A DNA stretch of 64,000 nucleotides from Kudoa neothunni. Its lineage: Eukaryota > Animalia > Cnidaria. The notes beneath the pieces were generated by a model. That model searched no databases. It saw only the letters and a program-made list of their open reading frames with translations, and had not been told where the DNA came from. A program made the translations under genes and the position numbers. The DNA lies in NCBI GenBank assembly GCA_964304625.1, contig OZ199838.1:11053607-11117606 (forward strand). The letters are read 5' to 3'. Positions within the stretch are counted from its first letter, which is position 1. Each line of letters opens with the position of its first letter. Positions 53,776-64,000 of this stretch are shown here, piece after piece.

Positions 53776-56700
53776 CTAGTGGGTAACCAGATTGGCGTAG
53801 GCGGGCGCGGCGTGAGAATGACAGGCTGGCGCTTAACTAGGTTTAACTAGGTAAACGAGCTCGAATCCTGCATCGTGATAATGCGTGAGCGCAACGAATC
53901 GTCCCGCGGAAAGAGTCGATGCAATGCGCAACTAATTGCGCGAGTTTCTATTTAATACACATTTAAGGTTTGCGCACGGAGGTACCGTCGATTCTAATAG
54001 GCCGGGGCGTGGGTGGGCAAACCTTATTTGGTCCGCGGGCCGCACCCATAAAAACAGCTTTTTGTACTGATAAAAGATAGAAAATGTTCTAAAACTCATT
54101 CTTTATCGATTACGTATGTTTTCGTTGATTAAAATAAATTTAAATTTTATTTTCCTAAATATTTTTACTTATTACAACCCTAAGTATTACTTACACAGGA
54201 AGAAACTTCCAAATCGTTTGAACTTTTAAATTAGTCCTTAATTCGAAAATTTGAAATAATTCGTCTTCTTAAAAACAACATAAAGTATTCTAATTATAAA
54301 ATTTTCCATAATAGTTTAATTTAATAAGGAAATTTTTCATTCGCGAGAACATAAAACCAAACATCGTAAAAACATAATACTAAATAAAAGGAACTAATGG
54401 GATTTGTGGAATTGACAGTTATTATTAATAATTTTTTCAAAATCAGGTTTTAATAAGTTTGTGCTTATTCTGAAAATCGAGGGTAGATTGGAGTCTGTCA
54501 TTATCGTTCTATTTTGAGACTTGTTTGTTTTCATTACAGAGAACGTTTGCTCACATGTGTACATTGGTGCAATAATAACAAATATTCTTTTAACAAACCT
54601 CAAATTAGGGAACGTATCATTGCTGAGAGCGGAGTGAAAGCTAATAAAATTTTTTGTTTCGGACATTTTTTTAGGGAAATGTCGACTTGCAGGACTATTA
54701 ATTCTAACTGCAATCCTTCTGGGGATGTTTCAATATCACACGTAACAAGAGAACAGAGAAAAGTAGTTATCTTCGATTAACCTAAAGTCGGAAAATCTTC
54801 TAGCGAATTCTTGTTTTAACCCTATTAGCTGGGAACTATAGTTATCACATAATGTTTTTAGGGGATTTTGAAGTTTCAATGTTGGAAAATAGTTGAAGTT
54901 TTATTTGGAAGCATTTCACTTCCAAATATAACTCGTGAGCAAATAAGCGTTTTCCTTGTAATTTTGAATTCAAGTCATTCATCTTTTCCATTATAGCTAC
55001 AACGAATGCGATATCATATAACCATGCATAATTTTTGATTTTATCAATAAAATCGCAACTAGTATCCGTTATGTTTAAAAAGAAGAAAATTTCGGTTTCA
55101 GGGCCCATACTTAACCATCGTACATTCGTGTAATAGAGTATATCGGTAAAACCAGATTCAATGTCCTCTAAATAGCTCCTAAATTGCCTATGCAGAAGAG
55201 CGCTTGATCTTATCACATCAACAACACATTACAGGGTCCAAAACATGCTTGAAGTTCAATGAATATTTACAGAAGCTTTCATGGTGTATAATACAATGAA
55301 ATGAAAAAATTTTGTGTGATGGGGGAATCTTCACTGATTTTATCATTCATCAGTTTTATTAGCCCAGAGTGTTTTCCCACGAGTGGAGGCGCTCCATCAG
55401 TAGTGACACTGGTGATTTTGTCCAAGCTTAAACCAGAATTGTTCCAACTATCCATAACGCTATCACACAAATCTTATCCAGTTGTGGTATTCTTCAAGGA
55501 TTCAAGTGGTAAGAGCTCCTCGATAATTTAGAAATTATGGTCAATTCCTTTTACAAAAATGAATAATTGAGCGGTATCGGTAACATCCTCACTTTCTTCC
55601 AAAGCAATAGAATAATACTCAAAGTTGGCAGCTTTTTCGAACAAAATTTCTTGTACGTATTGAGAAATATTTTCAATTCGTCGAACAATTTTTCTTCAAG
55701 ATGACCTCGGGGCACACAACGTTAACAGCATCCATAAAACACTCTTCAATAAACTCCCCATCCGATAATGCCTTGTTATGTTTTGCAAATTTGTGAGAAA
55801 ATATAAAGCTAATCATCGTTGCATCTCTTATTATGGATGTTGCTTTTCCAAATGAATTTTGCTGTCGTTTTAAATTTCGTATCATATCAGATGCCTTCTT
55901 TTTCAATTTTTCCTGTGACAAATTGGATCCAAACTTGGAATGTTTGGTTTGATAATGGTGTTTCAAGTTGTATTCTTTCTACACAGCGATTGTATCACGG
56001 CAAATCAAACATATTGCCTTATTATTGATGATGGTAAAAAAGTACTTTCTAGTCCACTTGTTATTGAAACCTCGACATTCGTCTTCAATTTTTCTTTTTT
56101 TAGATAGATTAAAACTAGCCATCTCAACAAACTTCGTATACTAAAGGAAATTCAGGAAAAAGTATAAAGGGGTAACCGCTATTTATAACGTCGTTTTTCG
56201 TCATATTTTTCACTTTTTGTCGAGAGTGGTATGTTTTGTTAGTTTACATCATTTAATTATGATACAAAAATTTATCTCTGTGTATACAAAATCCGAAATA
56301 ATTTGAATAGAAACAGCTCAACGATCAGTAGCTCCATGAATACCGGTTAAATGAAGTCTACATTACGATATTAAAAGTTGGAAGAAAATTATTTATAAAG
56401 AGCCTATTATATCACAATTAATCAGTTCCTGAAGACAGATAAGGAGAGAATTTCAAATTTTTACGACCGATGTTATCTATCAGATATTCGAGATCATTTT
56501 TAATATATATATAGTCCTTTTTTCGATGATCCCTTTATAGTTCAAACGTAATAGTTAATATTTAGAAATTTGATTATGATATGTAACGATTTTTAATGAA
56601 ATTGTTGCTAATTTTTAAACTATATTATCTCTTAGAACTATTGTTTGTAGCAATATTAGAATTTTAATATTAAATTCAGTTAGGCATGACGTTTGTGATG

Positions 56701-56876
56701 AATTATTTTAAAACTATTAAATACAACGTATATTAAAGTTCTATGAACTACAATAAGCATTTTAATTATAAAAATTAGATATATAAATTTAAATTTATTA
56801 GAACTAAAAAAGATTTTTGGCGACTGATATTGGAGCTTATCGGGGGCCGCAGTTTGCCCACCCCAGATATAGTAGA
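53776..56876 (-). mobile_element. Short non-autonomous Helitron-like element interrupted by a hAT insertion
   Basis: 3' CTAG|T at 53776 next to a GC-rich segment. The 5' end A|TCTACTATAT at 56867-56876 is the same as the Helitron B start and lies just beyond the hAT TIR. Confidence 0.55.
54002..56866 (-). mobile_element. hAT (SPIN/Charlie, GTF2IRD2-like) transposon, full length, with pseudogenised transposase (~54394-56122)
   Basis: TIR core GGGTGGGCAAAC at both ends. Transposase motifs KRKIEDECRGFNNKWTRKYFF, CLIC, YYSIALEESEDVTDTAQL, SVTTDGAPPLVG, YYTNVRWLS and YTCEQTFSVMKTNKSQNR, with multiple stops and frameshifts. Confidence 0.93.
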
Positions 56877-57005
56877 TAAAGGATAACGAAACTTTATTGA
56901 TTAACTCGTATATTGTTTAAAAAACATTTTTATTGTTTTTAAATCAATTAATTATCTAGATAATTATATTGAATCTAAAATATTCACCCTTATTTACGTA
57001 TTTAA

Positions 57006-57767
57006 CCTTTAATGGACCACCTTGGGCTCCACAAGCCCACCCACCTACTAAATTGTGTTTATGACCCCCAAATTTCCTGTAAATTCATAAACAAATTTCT
57101 TGTTTTATTTGGAGGTTGTTTCGAAAATTTTTTTATTTTAAAATTTAGTTCTTATTTAACTCATTTTGGATCAATTTTAAGCATGTAATGCAGTCATTAA
57201 TTACAAATAAAATCCTTTATTTTTTTGTTTAATTTCAAACACATTTTTGCAAGTTAATAAAAATGTTGCCTGATTGTGAAAGTATTTCATCGAGCGAGAG
57301 AGACAATTTTATCCAAAATAATGTGTTAAATGAGAATTCTGAGGATGATTTGGATATATCATTGATAAAAGACGAACAGAATAGGGGATTTAAAAATCCT
57401 AAAATTTGTTTCCAGCCTACCTTAAAGAGTTCATTATAAATCGTAGGAAATTATTTTGATATTCATTACGCAAAAAGTGATGACAACGATGAAAATAAAA
57501 GAAGGCTATGTTATCTTTGTCCATCCAATGCCGTAAGCAGTAGTAAACAGGTTTGTTGCCAGTGTCATAAGAGCGACTGTACCGAACATTCTTTAAAAAA
57601 CAATGCTTGTGCTTCTTGTAACTCTACGTAATGAAAATGTATCTTATTTTTGTTAGGCCTTCCAAAGCAACATAGTTTAAATGTTAATTGCACTAATAAC
57701 AATATTTAACTAAATGAAGCCTAGATTTTTTCTTGGGTTCGCGGAGGCCAAGGTGGTCCATTAAGTG
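57006..57767 (+). mobile_element. Internally deleted piggyBac element
   Basis: TTAA followed by a TIR containing TTAATGGACCACCTTGG, with the inverted copy at 57734-57767 followed by CTAA. Retains the piggyBac Cys-rich C-terminus KRRLCYLCPSN...CCQCHKSDCTEH...CASC*. Confidence 0.88.
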
Positions 57768-59889
57768 CTAATAGTAAAAATATATTGCGATCGTTTTATG
57801 TTGAAAGAATAGTTGAAATTTCAGAAACGCTTTCTTTTATATTATAATCCCTTCGCTGCATACCCAGAGCAATTGGTCACCGCACGTGCCTGGGTCCCCC
57901 TGCAATAGCCATTGCCTTTTTTAATCTCTTCGTAGTAAGTTGAAAGATAATAATCCTAAGAAACAATCGCTCTTTTTCTAATTTAAAATAATAATTCACA
58001 CATTAAAAAAGTAGTTGGACAAGCTGCCAGCGGCTTTTTTATTTCTGCGTCAAATTTAAAAAGTAAAAACCAAAACGAAGCATCATTAACAAACACTTTT
58101 CATTAGTTTAACTCATTTAACGTTTTTTCCATATTTTAAAATTCAGAAACTTCCCTAACAACAAGATCAACCACCTGTATTAACACATTTTTCATCCCAT
58201 CCATTTTTCCATATTCAAGCTTATTGCTATGATGTAAAAGTTTGTGCGCTAACTTAGTGAATTCTATTAAAAAGACAGATAAGGCCGATATTCGCCAAAA
58301 AATTCCATATGAAGAAAATATTAACAATAACTATCTAAATGGATAGTAAGATATATTTTTTGTCGCAGAGCTCATTCATTCTCTCATAGAGAGAATTCAA
58401 AGTATGGTGGCATTTACGTTAAGTTCATCACTTAAGAAAGAGCGTGCCGCTATCTTAATTCATTTTGGAAACCTTCATCAAGCAAGATATTGACATTGGA
58501 ATTAGTGGGAGAAAAATTTAAAAAGGTGGCCAAGCACAATTCATCTTAATATAAAGAAGAATTTATAACCGACAACTCCTAATTTATTCCTCCACTTTTA
58601 TTGGCGGTTCCATATGAATGTTACAATTGGTTTTACACAATTATGCATTTATACCTCATTGAACATTTATATTAACATTGTTGTAATATTTCCCCCAATA
58701 TGTAATCTCTATATTTCTAAATCATATCCACAGAGAATGTAAAAAAGTTTCTATATCTCAGCTCATGAAAACTTAAGGAGATTAAAATTTTGTTACGATA
58801 AATCTTAAGAACGATGCAAATATTACTCCAATAATTTATCAGATCATTAACTGAAAAATAGAATATCCTCAAATTTTAAATTAATTTTGTTCTAAAAGGA
58901 TAAGTGACAGAGTTACATGCAGTGTCTGCAGTCACTTTCACTGGACAATGAAACTTAGCAACAAATCTATGAAACCCAAGATGATTTATGTGAGAACGTT
59001 GAAAAATTTACTTATAGTAATAATCCGCTTTTCAATAAACTCCTAGTCACACTTTACATAAGCAGAAGCCGCATTTTTATCACGCAGTAATTCCCATAGG
59101 CTTGGGAATATAGCCGCTAAAAAGAATTAACTAACTAGAAAAACAATTTAACTAGAGATAACAATACTCACATTTAACTACTATTCCAAATATCTCCGGT
59201 AAACACAGAGCGTGGGCGAAATAATGCATGGCATAAAAATATTGATAGATTTTTTAGCCTCTAAATCGATTGCACTGTAAACATGGTTCGGTAGGATAGG
59301 ACGTAGTCAATTAAAAAAATGATAATTGAATATTAAATGATATATTCAACGTATCAGATAGCGTTTGGAGTAGAATAAGGTCTAACAATGGGATCTATGT
59401 AAACATTTAATAACTTCAATGATAATACCGAAAATGACTATCATCAATTATAATTATCGTTTTAGCTAAATTCTACAATTATGTAGACGTATTAATTAGT
59501 TTTATTATATATTTCAGCTGTTTATTTATAATTTTTAAGTTGGTAGGTAATAATTTATTGCCTAATGACTAGTAGTCTAATGCGGTATTCATCACTTTGT
59601 TTACACCGAATATCCAAGATGTAAACAAATCGTACATTTCGGCGGTCAATGTAGGTTTGAGTAGCATGCGCAAACCCCAATTAATCGATATGATTAAATT
59701 TAATCCTAGATTTTTTAATTGTAAATCAGCTCAGAAAATAAAATAATAATATACTGACTTGAAATACAATTAAAAATTTAACTAAAATCGATCATAAGAT
59801 GACATTATTTACCCTTGATGATTCAATGAGTTAATCCCTAATTGTGGCGCAATTTATGTTTCGGATTAATCGCTGCGCTGAATTGCGGA

Positions 59890-60994
59890 ATGGGTGAAAT
59901 ACTTGGAGTGCGTGATTTTTTCTATGGAAAATATTTGCTGGGTTTCAGCAAATATTTAGCTGCAGTGAGTCATTACAGATCAATTGGTATGAGTTTGGTT
60001 AAATTTTGAACTCCTTAATTGTATCGCTGTTGTGAACATGGATTTGAGGATGACGCGATACTTTTGGGAAAGATTTGTGTAGATTTGACAAGCTCAGCTC
60101 TAATGGATAACTTTAGGCGCTTCTACAGAAAAATTCGCAACCATATATCCACTTGCAAGCTTTTTGGTGTTCTATCTCGCACAGATTTCTGGAAACATTT
60201 TCTATAGTTTATGTGTGAATCAACCATTATTGTACACTGTGGGAGATGTGAAAACAATGGTGGTGTATTTGGTTATGTGGAGTTTGACCTTCCACTGCCC
60301 AAAGGATCTGTTCTATAGTGTGTTTGGAAAATCAGGACTCGCTTGTGGGTTTGGCGTGCTTCGTGAAATTGAAAGAGTCATAGCAGCAGAAAGCATTACT
60401 AATGCAGTTCTCGCTCAACCAGGCTCATCTCCATATAGCGCTTTTGTGGTCACTCTGGTCACCATAAATCTGCCGTATCATCTCATCTATTTGTTCGATC
60501 AATTGATTAGAGGAGTTGCTATCAAAAAGCATGAAATCTTGTCGCTGTCCTTCACCACCAAAGTTACAGTGCTTGACTCGTTTGTCTACAACTGGTACTT
60601 GTATTTGGGACAAATCTCTGGAAAATACAAAATTATTGACATTATTGCCAATATTTCTAATATCAAATTTTTGCAGCTTGTAGCTTTGTCTGCTGTCACC
60701 TTAAAAACTCTCTCTCATTTCAACTACGATTTGCTTGTCTTTGATGAATTGTTGTTGTTGGCTCCACTCATGAAGATTCTACATCTTCTCCCAGGTTACA
60801 GCAAAAGTGAACCAGTAGCTGCTAAAAGCAGGAGATCAACTTCGACTCGTCACAACGAATCGGATGTGGCACATGACGATGGTGATGTCACCATAATGGA
60901 CGGATCCCCTGACGAGTCTCCTCACGAAACTCCGAGAAAAAGGGCTGCTCGCGCCAGACGAACTGTTAGCTCCACTCGCCGCAGAAAACAATAA
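59890..60994 (+). CDS. TMEM38: Trimeric intracellular cation channel (TRIC), 2 exons
   Basis: Exon 1 59890-~59986 spliced to ~60117. YPLASFL, VMWSLTFHCPKDLFY, LREIERV and FDQLIRGVAIKKHEILSLSFTTK match TMEM38. Charged C-terminal tail. Confidence 0.88.
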
Positions 60995-61149
60995 CCACTG
61001 TTTGCATAAATGAGATAATACTACCTACTACCTATGTCTAATTTGTTTTGTGTATTGATGTTTTCTTTGTTCATTGAATTGAATGTTTTTGTTTGCATTT
61101 CTTTCATTGTTGCATATGCTTTTTTTACTCAACCAAAGAAGAGTAATTA

Positions 61150-62300
61150 TGCTTGATTATAAAATTCTTAATGAATGCAATGCTATAATAATTGCAAATG
61201 GAGTATCTGGATCATTACGTACACATGAAATTAGCTGAGAAAATTGCATGGCCATCGTATAGGATTCTGCACCTTATATGAAGAAATATTTCAAAAATAT
61301 ACCGCTCATATATAGCCATATTGTCCGAATACCTTGTTTTTCTCACCTAATTCATTGTGCAATAATAAAAACAATTGATTCAGTTTTTCCAGGTATAACG
61401 CGATTTTTCATCTAATTTTCTCCCCTTATTGTTAAGAACAGATCTGCTAAATGCCAGTTACTTTGTTTCTTACAAAAAAATGACATTGAATATTCGAAAG
61501 ATATTCCTCGAGTTGTTGATATTAGGCGGCGCAGCTTGTATACCTGCACTTTATCTTGCTGTGAATATTTCCCAGCTATAAAACAGTTGCTACTAGAATT
61601 TAAACATAATTCTATTTCAATGTTTCGCGCAATGTTTAATTCGTCTCCCGCCTCGTTGGATATTACGTTAATTTATTTTAGACTTATTATTAAGTCTCTT
61701 TCTCTATTATATGATTTCTCCCATGAAATGGAATCAAACAATTCTTTCGGCATCTCGCATCTCTACGACTGGATGAGTTCAAGCTACAATTTAAACCTAG
61801 ATGAAGTACTAACAATTAATAGCAATATTCAATCATCTCTTCCTTTTGACAAAAAAGAGAAAATTTTCGAAAAAATGACAGAATTTCATAAATACCTAAC
61901 TGAACAACTTACAAATATAGCTCAAAAACAAACTGAAAGTTGTTTCCCATCAAGTAGCTTTCTTAATTCAATGACGAATATCATCTTATCAATAATAAGT
62001 AACCTTTAGGAAGCGAACATAAAAGATATTGTGCCATTTGTTACCGCCAGTTAATGGGACGGATTACAAAATAAATGCGTATCATTATCTTCTTTTAATA
62101 CAAAGAATTTTGGAAAAAATATGATACACAGTATCCTCTGATGCTACAACCCACACAGGATTTGTCATCAATTTTATTATCGTCCATATCAGCTGAGACA
62201 AGCTTCTCCAAATTAAAGCACGTACTCACTCGTGATAGAACAAATCTATTTACTGAAAGATGTAGAATGCCCTCATTTTTACATTTTAATTGGAGATTAG
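61150..62300 (+). mobile_element. Decayed hAT transposase relic
   Basis: The 3' end translates to QYPLM...SSISAETSFSKLKHVLTRDRTNLFTERCRMPSFLHFN, a hAT dimerisation domain. Upstream frames are broken and no TIRs were identified. Confidence 0.65.
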
Positions 62301-63039
62301 AAAAGCAAAGTTAATTAATCACATATTCTGGAACTTAAAAATTGTTGTATGTTGCTTCATTTTCGCACGTGCCAAAGTATGGAATGAACGTCGAAAAATA
62401 CGGTCGCTACTTATAAGGCTAAAATCCAAAGTGAGGTGTAAGAATGGAGTACTCTATACGACCAACTAATTATTTATTTGAGCTGATATATTTAAGTTCT
62501 AAAGGTTGCAGACTTACGTTAATGTAAATTTAATTGTTGTTTTTTTGTTTATGGAGGCTGGATATAAAATTTAAATAATAAGCGCCAATGTAAAACGTGA
62601 ATTAGCGTATGAAGAATGAGAATTTATTATATACGACAGGCTTAGCATAGCAAAAGTAGCGTGATCGAAGCACTTGAAGACTTGATTATCGAGTGATGTT
62701 TTGCTATTCGTTTTATTCATTTTAATAGGTCAACGTTAAACTATGCGGATATTTGACTATCATTCATTGGTTATACACTTACGAAAAGATTAAAATGATA
62801 TTACTATAACGACAATCATTCACATTTAATCGACTCTATCTTATTGTTAATATAAAAATATTGCATGTTTGGCCATCATTTAATGAGCCAACTATTCATA
62901 TTAATTGGTGTTTTTGCTTGTTCAATAATGTTAATTAACTTGTCATAATCGTGTTTATCCAATGAATTATTTATTTAATTTTTTGTGCTTTTGATAATCC
63001 ATCTTCGTCTCAACTCTGTTATTCTGATTGTCTCATGAA

Positions 63040-64000
63040 ATGAAACTGTTGTTATTCAAGATATTTTTTGTGCTATATTTCCCCAATTTTTCATCAGGTA
63101 ATTAAAAATTTTCATCCCGTTTTCGATTATCTGTTAGAACCTATTTTACCCTCTTACGAAAGAGATGAGGGAGATTGGCCTGTCGACGTGAAAAGAAGTA
63201 TGGACACTGTCATCGATCGATGGTTCATTGACATCCAAGATGCTAAGTGCAAACCTCTCGAATACCGAGGAATCAAAGGAAACTATAACAATTTCGCCTC
63301 AAAAGGACTATGCGAACTTCATTGTATTTTTCTAAGTTAATGTAAATTTATGATCATTTCTAGTGGGGCAGTTGGCAACAAAAGAAAAACTTCAGGGGTG
63401 CAAAAAACCCATGCATCCAGGACATTGCGTAAAAAAACACATCTACAAATGAACAGTTCTATTTTGATCAAACAGCGGCCGACTGTGTTTCTTTTCAGTA
63501 TAATGGATGTGGGGGAAGCTTTAATCGTTATAGTAGTGCAGATGAATGCAAATTATATTGCTTAAGTAAAAAAATTATGAACATTTCTATAGAATTAAAT
63601 AATTGTTTTAGATAAAAGGAATGGTGGGCTTACAAATGCGGATGATACAAAAATAACTAAAGTTGATACTACGAAAAAATATGAAGTACCAAATACATTG
63701 GACTGCGAACTTAGACCTGATGTTAAAGACAAGGATCCCAGCACAGCAATTATTGCTGATATTAAGGAAAAACAAGTGTGCTTATGCAGCAGTCTCATTA
63801 GACTCAAACACAAGAGGGATTTTCAGTTCGTTTGGTGAATGTGTTGGAAAATGTTTTCGTATGTTTATTATTTATATCATTATCTTATGTATTTTAGCAT
63901 ACGAAAGCGATGAAGTTGGTCAACATGTAACTGATTCTAATAAGAAAGTTGCTGCATGTAAGAAGGGCCCAATTCAATACCGTATAACCAACCCAGAGTC
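63040..64000 (+). CDS. Secreted multi-Kunitz/BPTI-domain protein, 3' truncated by the window, with two apparent frameshifts
   Basis: Signal peptide MKLLLFKIFFVLYFPNFSS. Domain 1 RWFIDIQDAKCKPLEYRGIKGNYNNFASKGLC. Domain 2 CKKPMHPGHC...FYFDQTAADCVSFQYNGCGGSFNRYSSADECKLYC. Degenerate domain 3 ending FSSFGECVGKC. One domain per phase-1 exon. Confidence 0.85.

Noticed and set aside
57880-57905. GCAGGGG on the minus strand resembling the U1 snRNA start
   Set aside because: Lacks the ATACTTACC 5' end, the U1 loops and an Sm site.

Overview
AT-rich eukaryotic (metazoan) genomic DNA with many short spliceosomal introns (mostly ~35-70 nt). The supplied ORFs are therefore mostly exon fragments. Strongly diverged proteins and compact genes fit a reduced, fast-evolving animal such as a myxozoan- or orthonectid-type parasite; this is inference only. 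Host genes I can reconstruct, in order: DENND4 (3' part, +), IDH3A (-), TRAPPC9 (-), RBM8A/Y14 (+), cyclin H (-), a miniaturised Notch receptor (-), an AT-hook protein with an unidentified, possibly PPC/DUF296-like C-terminal domain (-), ADO (-), TMEM38/TRIC (+), and a secreted multi-Kunitz protein running off the right end (+). Between them lie many transposons: a Mutator element with ~255-bp TIRs and a 9-bp TSD, three hAT elements or relics, a Tigger/pogo relic, a piggyBac derivative, non-autonomous Helitrons (three head-to-tail, one more carrying a nested hAT), and a tRNA-derived SINE family. Most notable are (1) a Notch with at most two EGF-like modules and one intact LNR, (2) a plant-AHL-like AT-hook plus PPC-like architecture in an animal, and (3) Kunitz domains that have lost cysteines in disulfide pairs. 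All exon models were made by eye and need RNA-seq confirmation.
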